Positions 11,607-25,069 of a stretch of DNA of 64,000 bases are shown here, piece after piece. The stretch covers positions 1 through 64,000 of the forward strand of contig RBZT01000125.1 of assembly GCA_003693705.1 (NCBI GenBank), read 5' to 3'. Source of the stretch: Polymyxa betae A26-41. Its lineage: Eukaryota > Protista > Endomyxa: Phytomyxea. How positions within the stretch are numbered: position 1 is the stretch's first letter; each line of letters starts with the position of its first letter. Both the position numbers and the translations under genes were made by a program. The notes under the pieces were generated by a model that saw only the letters and a list, made by a program, of their open reading frames with translations, was not told where the DNA came from and searched no databases.

Positions 11607-12047
11607 CTAATCTGTAGACTTTTCAGTTGGAATCGATTGATTATCTACAGTGTCCTTGTTGTCAGATTGATTGAAATATGTATCTAGATCATGATCTAGA
11701 AATTCCTTAGAGACCTCAGGTCGACCTGCACCACGACCACCACCACCATTCACAATCAATGTCTTGTTTGTGAACCGGGGGCGACCCCGTCCACGATGCC
11801 CACGACCTCCTCGCCCTGGGCCAGCTCCCCGACCGCCACGTCCTCTAAATCGGTAGCCTCGACCCCGATCTGGGAACCTGGCTGGTGTCGGGACGCCTTC
11901 GGTCGTCCCGAATTTGTTTCGTCGTTTTTCAATGACATTATTGGGCGCCGATTTGGTATTGGCAGGCGATGCTGGTGATCGTGATGGTCGGGACTCTGTA
12001 CCTAAGCCTGCCTCTGGATTGGATGTAAAAACAACACCACGCACCAT
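11607..12047 (-). CDS. RGG-rich FoP/Chtop C-terminal-motif protein (mRNA export adaptor-like)
   Basis: RGG repeats followed by VSKEFLDHDLDTYF. Confidence 0.75.
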   Translation of the reverse strand: MVRGVVFTSNPEAGLGTESRPSRSPASPANTKSAPNNVIEKRRNKFGTTEGVPTPARFPDRGRGYRFRGRGGRGAGPGRGGRGHRGRGRPRFTNKTLIVNGGGGRGAGRPEVSKEFLDHDLDTYFNQSDNKDTVDNQSIPTEKSTD

Positions 12048-12294
12048 AATTACATTATGATCTACTGTAAATATATCACTCTATTATTTGTAGTACTTTA
12101 TATTAACAACAGTGTCAGCAATTTTATATCCTATACTAACTCGAACATCCACCAGTCAATTTTGTACTTAGCATGCATTTATTATTCTTCTAGTTTGAAG
12201 GGATTCTTAGAGCACAAAACTGACTCTAGAAATGGCATGGTAATGTAATTGATATTTGGGTCAGATGATACGATCACTTAATATATAACATCAT

Positions 12295-12813
12295 TCACAT
12301 GTCTGAGGCCCTAGCAGGATCAGATCGTTTAGGAACTGCCTTATTACCTGACACTGTATAATGCATAAGATAAAGAAATATACTGTAATGATAAGCTTAC
12401 AAGTTCGAAATGCAATAGGAGTACTTGACTGCTTACCAGGACAATTAAAGCAGCTACATTGTTCAGCACATGGACATGGTTCACCACCTAAACCAATACT
12501 TCATCATCAACATCATAGCTATCAACTCACCATATTACATCCACAATCACAATCTGGGCCCTCTGATTCGTTATCAGATTGGCACTACTTTATAAGATAT
12601 CGACATACTAACCAGGACATTTACATGTCTTCTTCTCAGGCATGTCAGCTGGAACCTTAAATCGAGCTGGACAGTCTGGGCAGCGACATTCTCCAACACA
12701 GATACATGGTTCTCCAACTATATAATTCAGTTAATACCAATCTGATACAATAGACCATATATTGTACTTAGACAGCCACAATCACGACGTTCAGCACCAC
12801 GTCCATGACCCAT
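12295..12813 (-). CDS. Small Cys-rich metallothionein-like protein, 5 micro-exons (~93 aa)
   Basis: Manual splicing gives MGHGRGAERRDCGCLIGEPCICVGECRCPDCPARFKVPADMPEKKTCKCPEGPDCDCGCGEPCPCAEQCSCFNCPGNKAVPKRSDPARASDM with GT-AG introns. The exon 3 donor is uncertain. Confidence 0.7.
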
Positions 12814-13372
12814 GATGTTAATTAGGAAATAAATGAATATTTCGGCCTGACTAAAGCATGAGTGGTGAATAGCATAATATCTGAAGCGCATTCCAGACGT
12901 CTTATACCAGACTTCTTTCATTAAATGCAACAACCTTTATTTTTTTTATATATAACAGACCTTAACCAATAGATTTTATAAATCGTAGCATTATTTCATT
13001 GATTCACAAGTCTGTGTTTATTTCCCCAAACTCTCATGCTTTAAAACGAAAATGCAGCAATTTAGGTGGTAATGGGAAAGAGATCAAGGAGGTACGAGAT
13101 ATGAGGTATTACATTTGGCAATGACAGATGTGAGCGTAGACCGAAATGTATATAATGACACATTTGAAAGGAGTAAATGTCAATATAGAGACCATGAAGG
13201 TTGGTTATGGGAGGTTGTTCCCCTTTTATACAACAGAGTCATATGTATAATAGTGCCACTTATACATTCTGGTACTGAGATCAATCATCATCTAGCCCAA
13301 CATCTGCAATCTCTATGCCATCACCATCCTATCCATGATCGAGATCTCATTGTCTATTATCATGAAAGCACC

Positions 13373-14542
13373 ATGTCCTTTCGTTATGGACGAGCATGTC
13401 TACCAGATCGGGGTGCCATTCATATCGAGTCTAATCTGAAATCTATACCTATTGAGATTGCTGATAATCAGGAAATTCAGGTTCCAAAATTGCAAGGTCA
13501 TGTAGCAGTTTGATATCTAATATCATAAGCAGATCTTGAACGCTATCGATATTATGGTTTTTCGTAAAGATCATATTCCCGATAATTGGATTCAAGGTCA
13601 GATTCTAGGACAGGGAGCATTCGGTTGTGTATTTGAGGTCTACTGTATAATTGAATATTGGACCTGATACTGATTAGATTACTTATAGGCTGTTGATGTT
13701 CAGAATGGCACCAGATTAGCAGTAAAACAGATACCGATCTCTGACAATAAGCCCGGTGAGATCAACGACAGGGTTCACATAACTGCAATAGTGAATCATC
13801 AGTAAATGTAATGGTGTGTATTCAGGTGAAAACGTTGTGTGATGAAGTTGAGATGTTAAGGAAGATATCCCATAATAATATAGTGAAATATATGGGTGGA
13901 CGTCTAAATCTTCAACATCAATGCCTCTACATCTTTATGGAACTTATCTCTTCTGGATCTCTTTTACAATTAATTCGGAATTATGGTCCTCTACCTGAAC
14001 AGTTGATATGCAATTATATACGACAGGTTCCAAATCGATGTAATATGTTCGTCTTGCATTAAACCTTCTCATAGATCGTATTGGGATTACAGCACTTGCA
14101 TGCCAATGGTATTGTTCATCGTGATATCAAAAGCAGCAATATTCTACTGACAACAGATGGTATTATAAAGCTGGCAGATTTTGGTGCAGCTCGTCAACTA
14201 CAAGATGTTTGTTGGACATTGGCTGAGAGCAAATCAGTATGTGGGACCCCAGGATGGATGGCGCCTGAGATTGTCAGACAAGGTGTTTGGAGGGCAAGTT
14301 CAGATATTTGGTCATTAGGATGTGTGATGATAGAGATGGGATCTGGTGCTAGACCTTGGCCTGGACTAAATCAATTAGAAATACTATGGATATTAGCACA
14401 TACTGATCGTATACCAAATATTCCTGATAGTATATCAGAAATAGGACAACATTTCATCAGACAATGTCTTCAAATAGATCCAGATTCACGACCTACTGCA
14501 GAACAATTACTTCAACATCCTTACTTAACTCATTACGACTAA
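13373..14542 (+). CDS. STE11/MEKK-like Ser/Thr protein kinase, multi-exon
   Basis: WIQGQILGQGAFG, LAVKQI, HNNIVKY, HRDIKSSNILL, DFG, GTPGWMAPE, SDIWSLGC..EMGSG.RPW. Confidence 0.9.
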
Positions 14543-15306
14543 TAACTATCCTTCCGAACGATCATGCAATTCTTAATCCAAGTTCAAGTTCGCCATTTCG
14601 GACAATTTACAGTCGAAACTCTAAAACAAGTTTGTCAAAAATGACAAACTTAAGAAGTATATTTCAGATTGACTAAAGCGATTTTCGATTATGCTTTTAG
14701 TGTAAACAGGGAAGAAGATGGTTAGAATAGGAAGCATCTGTAAAGAACTGTAAGGAGGCAAATCTCAGTGAACAGTCCACCTCCGTCTGTTTTGAAGCTA
14801 CTGTAGCAGATGATCCCTCAGCAACATCAACTCGTCACTATGATCTAAAATGATCGTTGATTGATAGAATCTCATCCTGTAATGGTAATATGATGCAACT
14901 TGCTTCGTTTCCAGTGAATAGATACAGTACGCTTCGGTCAAAGCTGTTGTCATCTGCTATTATTTAAATTGCTTTCCAAAACTGATATCAACGTTATGGG
15001 ATCGGTTGTGTCGGTATGGCAAATTTACTCAAAGGATCAAACTTCGAGCGGAAAGTGAAACCAGAAAGTCGAAATTGCTGATTTGGGATTTCGACGTGCT
15101 TCCAAGAAACTGCGAAGTTCAAATTGTTGGTTTTGGAATTGATTTGAGTTTGCGTGCGTGAGTCGTGATTTCTGATCCTTTTATTTGTCTGTCTCTCTAC
15201 ATATACTTGTCTGTCTCTGTCTCTCTCTCTCCTCGATCTGCGCCTTTGTCTCATTGTTTTATATTCATTCTTATAACTCTCTTTAGTAGTTGTATTCTAC
15301 GTCAGT

Positions 15307-16808
15307 ATGCTGGCACTCTCCAGTCAACTTCATCGACTGCGAACTTCTCGTAAGCAGATTGCCGGCAAAATCGAGGCTATCAAACGTCAGGTTCAGTTTG
15401 AGAATCGGCCCAATTCGCAATATACGGCGTAAGAATTGATTACGACTGTTTTCTTGCTCAGATTATCAACGAATGTGTACTTTTTCGTTTAGATCTGGCC
15501 TTAAACGTAACCGTGACGAGAAGGAAGACGACAAGAGTCGACGCTCGTCTCTACGCCCTGATGATTTGCCTGAAGTATCTGAACCTGTACTCAAAAAAGT
15601 ATGCACATATTAACTACTTGTATGCTTTATTGATACGAGGTGTTTAGCCGAAGATATCGTCTATTGCTGCACAAGTTCAGCCTGAGCCAGACCAATCAGA
15701 TAATTCACCAGGACTTGGGTTAGATGCACAGCCATCAGCAGCAGATACAGAAATGACAGATTCAGCAGCTGCTGATAATAATCTGGTACAACCAACACCT
15801 AAGAAGAGATCTAGGCAGACTGATATCATCAGGGTATGACATCGGTTCCTTCCTCTTTTGTTTCTTATATATATCTACATAGAATCGAAGGATGTTCGGT
15901 GCTTTGCTTGGGCATTTGAATAAAGCCAAGGAAAACATCACCGACGAGCAACAGGCTGAAAAAGCTCAGCGCAGAGCGGTTTGTTGGTTTCAAATCACTT
16001 TCCATTATGTATTAACATGAGATTTGCAGACGCTCGAGCAGCATGTACAAGAGCGTATTCAAAATGATACAGCTCAGATTAGAGATGAGAAGCTGAAACA
16101 ATTAAATGAGGAAATGGAACGTGAGCAGACGGTATTGTAATCATTGATAATGATGGTATTGTCTGTAATTTTGTTTTCAATAGAATCTCAATGAGACAAT
16201 GGAGAAACTTATTCAGACTGAGAATAAAATGAAAGCAGCTCGTCTTGTAGACAGGCACGTGCGTAATGCTGGTCTGATACAGACTTCAACACAGCCTTTC
16301 ATCTTCTGGAAACCGCGATTGCACACATCTCGTACCAAAAACATGCTGCTCAGGTCCCGTAAGAAGACAAAAGAAGCTCTGCGAGAGACGATTGCCAAAT
16401 GGGTAAAAATCCATCCATTATTTTATTGAATCGCTCGTCCTTAACGCCTCATAGGGATTCAACAGTGTCGAAGAGTTCGAAGATCTTTTGAAAGAGAAGA
16501 AACCGTCAGAAAGTAATGCCAACAAAGTGTCCAATAAACGAGATAAAGATGATGGTGAAGGAGGCGAAGATCGCAGCTCTCAAGATGAAGATATGAGGGA
16601 TAAAGGGAATGAAGAACAGGGCGAGGCGGTCGATCAGGAACCTGCTGCTAATCATACTGTCGAAGAACAGCCTGAAGAGCAGCAACCAGCTGACAATACA
16701 GAACCAACAGATCCGGTTGAGGAAGAGACCAATAAGGAAGGTGTTGTGGTTGTAGTTGGTGAAGTTGAAGCAAATGATATGACAGGTATGGATGAACCTG
16801 AAGCCTAA
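15307..16808 (+). CDS. PNN: Pinin/SDK/memA family protein, multi-exon
   Basis: RNRRMFGALLGHLNKAK and IQTSTQPFIFWKP motifs; acidic tail. Confidence 0.8.
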
Positions 16809-17260
16809 AATCTGTTTACTTCACGTTGCAGATTCGTAATTTATAAGATTATATTCATTATTACACAACCAACATATCATCATGTAATCAATGGATAATG
16901 CATTCCTCACAATTTTATCTCTTTGGATTACTGATTCTGAGAGATCTGCAAATTTCTCCTGTCAGCTGCCTGACTACTGTACTCTCCATACACAGAGACT
17001 ATGTCTCTCCAATATAGTCTTCCATTATTGTCTTCGAGTCTGTCAACATCTAAGTCGGGTCTGTACTGGACATACACCAACTTGTAAAGTCTTTCACTTA
17101 GCCAGCATGTAATGATCGAGCTGAAATCTTATCTATGAGCATCCAGGTATGCTGGAAGTGCTCCATTGCAATCTAGTAGTTCATTGGATCTCTAAGGCAA
17201 TCATTGATTGTGAATACAGATTATGATGCCTGATAAATTGATATATTTATTCTACTATGT

Positions 17261-18453
17261 TTAGATTTGAATTTTACGTTGTATCAGACTCTGTTTCTCT
17301 AAACTATAAACAGATTTATCAGCTAGATCTGATCACAAAATTACTCATCACAATGATAATGATTTCGTAACATCCTTACCGAAATATGCAACATCATATG
17401 CTGGTAACCTGTTAGATGCAAATAGCATGACCACAAGTCCAGATAGACATATAAGCAATCCTAGAACAAAGAATGCTATCTCTATGTATGTTAATGATAT
17501 GGATTCCTTGTAGAAGAACATGCCACCACCAATTCCAATAAACACTTCAAATACTGATTTTGTAGGTATAACATAGAGATTCTCATATAATCCAATTGCA
17601 TGATTCATTGTGATGATATTAGCCACAGCCTATACAAACATGTTTAGAGCAATTAGTTCAGATGCATCCATCATATGAATATTACCAATAAGATGGTGGT
17701 GATAATAAAGATCCAGGTACCAAGATGTGTAAACTGATTATTATTATTAAAGCTAACAGCTATCAAGGAGACAGCTCCCCGAATTGCTGTAATTGTTAGG
17801 CCAGCTAATGATCCTGCTAATGCACATAAACACAGCCGATGGAGTTCATATCGTTGTGATCTTGATACAGATGCAAGATTACCAATTGATGTATCAGCTG
17901 GATCAAATATCATAGTGAGATAAAGCAGAGCGAATGTCCATGTTGAGACAATAATCAAGAACATATGAAATGTAGGTGTATGTAATAGAATTTCAATCTG
18001 ATATAGAGTTAATAATTGAAATTTATGAGGACCAGCACATATTGTAATTAGAACACCAGCAATAATCTGTCCAACAATAATCCAATCTAGATAGGTAGCC
18101 TTCTCATTATTAATTATTGGTGATAGAATGACATTAAATGCTAATGTACTAAGTCCAATAGATGCTAATAATGATTCATTAGCATATGCTAATGCTAGAC
18201 ATTCTAATATAGATTCAGCAACAACAAGACTGATACCAGCTAGATTAACAGGCTGATATACAGCTGCAATCTGCTTCTGAATTGGTAATGCCAAGTTATT
18301 CTTTTGTGATAAACTCTGTAAGCAATATCCAATACTGCTACATAATGATGCTATTAATGCTATAATAACACCTTTTAACCATGAATGATGATCAACAGTG
18401 CTAGTTAATAGACGGTCTAAACCGATTATAAGAGCTGGTGATAGACCAAACAT
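17261..18453 (-). CDS. NIPA-family Mg2+ transporter
   Basis: GVIIALIASLCSSIGYCLQ, LAYANESLLASIG and multiple TM helices. Intron near 17630-17680. The last exon is tentative; otherwise the stop is at 17348. Confidence 0.78.
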
Positions 18454-18500
18454 CAATAATATATGACTTGTATATAGTACATGCAGATCGATCTTCACAT

Positions 18501-20202
18501 CTACCTTGACTTTATATCAACATGATCAGTAGGTTTAAAGAATTGCTCGATCTTATGATTAGTAAGTTCTGGATTGGTGAAGTTGTATGCACGTAATGAT
18601 AGAGCCTTGGTAGGTGTGAATACTGGCCCTAACGAATGCAACATTGATATAGCTGCTGATATAATATACTCAGCTGTATATCCAGTTAATTGATATGTTC
18701 TATTGTCATGAATTGTATGAAGTGATATATATCTTGGTACACGATTATACTATAAGACATATTCATATATTGATAGATATAACAAGAGAGTATTGAATAT
18801 ACCATCTCTTGATCTTCAGCAATACGAAGTGCAATCTCCATTCCTAATGTTCTACATGCATTCTCTGCATCATTCACATCTAATTGTTTGGGAAAGAATC
18901 GCGACGCCTGAAATGATTTCGCCGGGCCTTTCTCCACGACCTGCTCATGATCTATTCCTGATCGCATCATGTCAGAATAACTCGGGCCGTACTGGCTCCC
19001 AGTTCGTACCATTACAGAGCTGCCAGAGCCATTCCGCTTTATCTGATTGGAAGATAGCCTTCAATTGATCTAATGTATATTTGGATGTAATATGGGAGGG
19101 ATGTACGACTGCAAGCTTCAAAGATGGTTAAACAATCGTAATATGGATCTATATACATTCCTTACCTTATCTGTAAGAATACGACCAAATTTTCCACCAA
19201 GTCCACGTATTGATGTTAATTCAACTTTACACAGAAAAGTTGATAGAAATCTTGGTAATAATATTGTCTGTTGAAATGGTTTATGCCTGATTAGATAAAT
19301 CAGATTCCTCTATTACAATACAGTATACCAAATGTCGAACATTCCGGCAGCCAATTTGGCGAACGCCTTTCCATTTGCAATTCCAGCAGAACATGTATAA
19401 TCTGATTATAATCAATATCAATAATATAGATAGGTTTGATAGATTTACTTAATTGACGATATACATTATATCGAATACATTGAACAATATGGGAGGCGAT
19501 CATCAAACGAATCTCATCATTAGTTTCTGGTTGAATACGATCCTTTCCTGCTTCATAAATAACACCAACGAATTGATCAGGTATTAAATTATATTTAAGA
19601 CGTTGATCAACAAGTCGTGATAGATCAATAAATACTTCATCTATACTTGCTTTTTCAATAGTTAATAATGAAGAATATGAAGCAATGAGAGATTGAATCT
19701 GAGCACTCGCTGTTCGATATCTCTGCAGACTATACGGGGGTTAGAGTTTAGGGTTTGCAGGGTATTCTAGGGTTTTAACCTGATCTTGCTATTCTGAATA
19801 TGCGATGATGGTGCTTGATTAGGTTCATAAAGATGTGTAATTCCATGATCATCTATTGTATCTGTATGAATAAGTACAAGATCTGGACATTTCTCACGTA
19901 TTGCATCCAGCTCTTGACCAAAATGACGACTTCGAAGTCCACGACCACGAGCTGCATCTAAACACACTCAATAAATGATATGAGTATCTATGCAATGAGA
20001 TTAATATTACAATTAACAGCTATTAGACCCTGCCATTGTAGAACAGCTAAAGGTACATCACGACTAATATTTAGACGATTATGTTCAACTTGCTATCATG
20101 GACAATATATAAATTGATCTCGTGCATGAATACAGAGGTTCAGATACGTACTGCATAGAAACAATCGAGATCGATCAAAGCGATAATTGGTTTGTTTGGC
20201 AT
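18501..20202 (-). CDS. POLH: Y-family DNA polymerase eta (Rad30), multi-exon
   Basis: IALIDLDCFYA, LAVLQWQG, EKASIDEVFIDL, TCSAGIA, HKPFQQT, IRGLGGKFG; C-terminal PIP-like HKIEQFF. Confidence 0.88.
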
Positions 20203-20323
20203 TATTGAATGTGTCTATAGAAATAAGGAAATCAGTCTGAAAGAATTAAACGCACGGAAATAACACACATTCATATGAATGTGTATTATTATATAATTAT
20301 ATGAGAATAGATATGAGATGATG

Positions 20324-20816
20324 TTATACATAATTAGTAGGATGATAATCAACATAATACAGATCATAGAATTGTCTCAATGCAAAAGCGATTAGATTTA
20401 TACCTATAGACTTCATATTATAATCTGATTATATAATAGAGATTCATCTAACCACATGATAACCAGGCTAATCTGATCATAACTTGATCACGACTCTCAC
20501 TGCTATATACGAAACCAATTAGAAAGAAATAGAAGGAGACGACATGAGCCAACTATATTCATATTGCAATTAGAGATCGAATATGAATGAATAAGAAGTG
20601 ATTACATTAAGATTCTGATTCCAAGAGATTGGTGTTATTCTTGGTTGATGATTAACACATGTATATATTATATCAATCATATCGATTATGATAAATACTA
20701 GACCCAGAACTAGAGATAAATACACATAATAGCTCTCTTTAGCAGATGTTCCACGATTAGGTTTCTAATGATATATTACAATAATGACAGAGATGATGAC
20801 AATTAATAATTACCAT
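20324..20816 (-). CDS. Hypothetical 3-TM membrane protein (~105 aa, 4 exons)
   Basis: M|KPNRGTSAKESYYVYLSLVLGLVFIIIDMIDIIYTCV...N|LAHVVSFYFFLIGFVYS...C|GINLIAFALRQFYDLYY; three ~50-bp GT-AG introns keep the frame open. Confidence 0.6.
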
Positions 20817-21033
20817 AATCACCTGTTTGGGTATTAATAATCACACTTGTACTTGTTGATCTGGAATGAGTTATGAGATCTTGCTTTTCCTCATCTAACA
20901 TCTCATCCCAAATACGAAGTAGATCATGTCGATGATGTTTAAGAGCTCGATCCTGAACGTAGAAGCCGATAAGAGCACCGCCTAAAGTCCCCAATATTAC
21001 AGATATTGATGGAGATTTCAATACTGATAACAT
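20803..21033 (-). CDS. Hypothetical 76-aa single-pass membrane protein
   Basis: ATG-initiated ORF with a GxxxG TM helix (ILGTLGGALIGFYVQDR) followed by a charged helix. Confidence 0.55.
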   Translation of the reverse strand: MLSVLKSPSISVILGTLGGALIGFYVQDRALKHHRHDLLRIWDEMLDEEKQDLITHSRSTSTSVIINTQTGDYGNY

Positions 21034-21330
21034 GAATAGTTGATATAATAATGATATGTGATTGAGAGGTTTACTTCTCTATAAACATACACTATATTAC
21101 TTACAACTTTATCACTATACAATTTAGCAAATTGATTCTTTATCGAACAGTATTGAACTTTTTATGGAAATTCTCTTTGTACAAATATTTAGAAGATCGG
21201 ATGTTGACTCAATTCCAAGATCGGAACTGTTACCATGGTATTAAATAGCTCCAAATCCAATTACATCATCCGAATTCAACGATCTTCAAATCCCGCATCG
21301 AATAGGAAGCTCACAGATACCTGATTTGAT

Positions 21331-23351
21331 ATGCTGCCTTTGAACTCCAAGCCCAGACGTCGCGTATCATCTCTTCAACCTGATGAGACGCATACCGCCT
21401 TCACAATCGGTGATAGCAACCAAACTAACGATCTTCGTAAAAGATCGACACATGGAATCTGGAGTCGACCTGGTCTAATTCTATCAATCTTCATATCATT
21501 AATGATTAGCATCATACTCTGTATAATTGATATATTTCTACTTGAAGAGTAAGCGACATCCTTCACGCACTTTTTTACTGTTCCAACTGGGATCTATGTT
21601 AAACTTAGTTGTAATAATCATTTAGTTACACATGGAACTAACTGTGTTCATAGTCCATTAGCATTACTTCAAATACGTTTATTCGCATGGTTCGGTTTAC
21701 CAAGTTTGATTATTCTATGTATAACCATGGCCGTTGTCCTGGTTCGTACTTATGCAGCCACTATCTCTCTCCTATTTGGTCGTGAATCGCTCCTATCAAA
21801 CCAGACCCGCCAAAATGAACGTCTTCTGATTGCCAGCGTCTTCTTAGTTCTGGCAGAACTCGTGATCTGCAGATTCTGGCTATCAGGCTGCCTTGAACTG
21901 ATCTTCATGAATGAACCTGAGCGTATCTGGTCTCAAGCATTTGAAATTACATCATTACGATTAACATTAGCTATAGAACTATGTGAAGTTCTATATCTAT
22001 TGATATTCTTTTGGGTATTACTCTCTATTTCAGTTCAATCTGTTAAGAAGATGGTTATGTCTGATGCATTAGTCAATGATATTGCTGAAATTCGTCTTAA
22101 TCGAAAGATCCTCAGTACTGTCTGCTGTGAATCTGAACGACAACGAGACAGGTCTGGACATCTTTCATTCGTTGTTACCCCGAACCTGACGTATGTTCAG
22201 GTTATTACAGAAATGGCAATCTCAGAGTGAAGTTGATGCAAAAGATGAGATTGATTATGTTCGTGAGAACCCGTTACGATTACCTTTAACAGCTTCTGTT
22301 AATATGAATCGAGTTCAGAAATGGATTTATTCTGAGACTGAATCTGTTGATGTGACATCATTATCTCAAATGCATGTACTATCTAAAAAGGTATTCCCAT
22401 CTATATATTTATCTCAGTTTAACACATTCATTAATCAATGATCAGATTCGAGAGAATTTATTCTCAGCGTCAGGAACATTAACATATAGACAATGGGAGA
22501 TGCTATTCAATGATGAAGATGTAGCAAATCAAGCCTGGTTTTTAATGTTTACATCCTTAAATCTAGCTGATAATACTCATGTATCTGAACATCAATTTGC
22601 TCTTGCATTAGTTAATGCCTATATGCGACATACTCTGCTTCAAGGGAAAATTCGCAATTATGACTCAATATTTCATATATTGAAGATGATGGCAGCTGTA
22701 GCCTGGTGTTTTGCTATGGTATATATTATCAGTCTTGTTCTTGGTGATAATCCAACATTTATGCTTGTATCATTGATTGCATTCTTTGGCTCTGTAACAT
22801 TCGCTGTCTCGTCATCTATCAATTATGCAGTTATTAGTGTCATATTCATTCTATTCAAGAAGCCCTATCAAATTGGAGATCGAATCAGTATTGATGGTGC
22901 CGATTACTTTGTTGAACAGATCAATCTGTTATCAACTACATTCACATCTACTGATAATCAATGTCTGATTATGTCCAATTATTCATTATCTGCTATGAAG
23001 ATTTATAATCATCAGCTATCATCTCCTGCTGTTGTTGTATGGGTTGCTACATTACATCCAGATATCACCGACGATCAGCTCGAACAGCTACGTCTAGGAT
23101 TAGGACGATACGCTCGTCAACACGCCGAGTTCTGGAAGCCGCAAATTGCATTCATTCTGAATCATCTAACTGATAATTCGTTGAAGGTGACGGTCAAGGC
23201 ACATCATCGATTGAATTGGCAGTTAGCTACAAATATTGCTGAACATCAAACAGCCATGATTGAAGAGTTTCGTCAACTTCATCTGTCTATGGGAATTGAT
23301 ACATCGTCTCCTGAACGTTCTTATCATGTACCATTGGCTGCAGCTGCTTGA
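21331..23351 (+). CDS. MscS-like mechanosensitive ion channel, multi-exon (start approximate)
   Basis: IFILFKKPYQIGDRISIDG..FVEQINLLSTTF..N..L....IYN; N-terminal TM helices. Confidence 0.88.
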
Positions 23352-23712
23352 TCTCACTATGAAATCTGAAATAAACTCTCACAAATACTTTCATCAGGTT
23401 CAGGCTTCAGCGGCAAAATGCCGATGACCATCGAAATTCAGACAGACTGATAAGGAGGGAGTTCCTTTGCAAAACTATGTAGACTGTCTTTATAGTTCGA
23501 AGTTCTTCGATATTCTGCCACAAGCTGTCTCTGTCTTTGATGTATCTCATGGGATAAATCTGCTCATCGTTAGTTAGAGGTGTTTGATTAATGCCAATGA
23601 GCTATCTTCAACATTATTCAGCTGATTGATCAACACGATTCAGATTCCGATTGCTTCCGGTTCCGATTGCCTCCATCAAACTATTAATTGCAAACTAATA
23701 TCTAAACCAAGA

Positions 23713-24960
23713 ATGTTGTCAATCTGTTCCGAACTCTTAGGTCCTGGTCCTAAAACTCATCAAGCATCACGTCATGGGAAACTGTTTCATCTATTCATTA
23801 TATTGCTGGCTATAACATTCACTCTCTTATTCCGATACAAATTCGCTGATTTAGCCCAATCTGATTCCGAATTTGCTCAACGTCTAGCAAGCGACACAAT
23901 CAAAATCTTTGAACAATGTCAGACAACAGAATGTTTCGCTCAACAAGCTGCCTATCGAATCGTGAATGGAACCTTAATCTATCTGATTGTCCTCTTTATG
24001 ATGTCGGCGTTATGGCCTGAATTTCATTTCGGCTTTCTGATCCCGAAATTCTTATTCTGGATCTCGTCACTTGTCATGTCATTTCTAATACCAATATCAA
24101 TAAGTAGTTATGTGATATCCTGGTCCAATATAATAATCTCGATCCTGGATCTAATCGCATCTCTGGAACTAATCAGTTTTGCTTGTAATATTCAAGATAT
24201 GCTACGTAATCGACCATCTATTAGTCGTCTAATGGGCATCTTGCTTACTGCTGGCAATATATTCGCTCTTGTTTATTATATTCAGTCCATGTTCAGATCA
24301 CCATGTTCATCCATTCATATCATTATAATCATCATACAGCTCTGTATTCACATCTCTGCCTTGATCACAACCAGATTTATTGGACAACATTCATTCGTAT
24401 TGACGACCTCGATTGTGATGTTTTACACGACATTCACTCTATACAGATCTGTCATCTGTAAGTAACATCGCTATTTCATTTGTTTGCATCCATCAATATT
24501 AATTGCCATAATAGTTCAAACACAATCATGCAGCTTTGTTGGAATACAATCCGATTACATCGAGTATATGGGCATCGCCTTGAGCTTCATTGTCATCATC
24601 TACCGATCTATATCAACGAGACCTATCTCAATCTTTGGTGCAACATCATCACCTGATCTCTATGATGTTGTTGAAACAACATTACCAACTGTGATAGATG
24701 CTAAAAGTGCTCCATTAAATGAACCAGTTCGTATATCATCACGATGGTCATCAAGTCTATTCTATCTGTTCCTTGGTTTAGCTCTCTTATATACATCACG
24801 TGCTACAGATCAAGACAAATCAGAGATTGTACCCTCAAGTAATACTTCCTTCATATTGAGTATTATGACATCATTCCTCACATCAACTCTCTATCTCTGG
24901 ACACTAATTGCACCCCGGTTATTCCCCAACCGAGATTTTGGTGTCCGAATTCAGTCATAA
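23713..24960 (+). CDS. Serine incorporator (SERINC/TMS1)-like protein, divergent
   Basis: Multi-TM; C-terminal LYLWTLIAPRLFPNRDF; C...ECFAQQAAYRI. Confidence 0.85.
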
Positions 24961-25069
24961 ACACACTGTTCAATTACCAACGATCACCATTGCAATCAAT
25001 AAATTTGTAGATGTATCTGCCAATATCTCATCGATTCGATAGATAGCTCAATATACTCAGAACAATGAA

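Noticed and set aside
13115-13372. N-terminal extension of the kinase from the TTG-started ORF
   Set aside because: Non-ATG start; ATG 13373 in a ccATG context is more plausible.
15188-15232. CT/GA microsatellites (also 56966-56990)
   Set aside because: Ordinary short simple repeats in UTR or intron sequence.
16925-17190. Minus-strand protein-like frame (..SERLYKLVYVQYRPDLDVDRLEDNNGRLYW..)
   Set aside because: In-frame stop, no start or splice model, no recognisable family; at most a gene relic.
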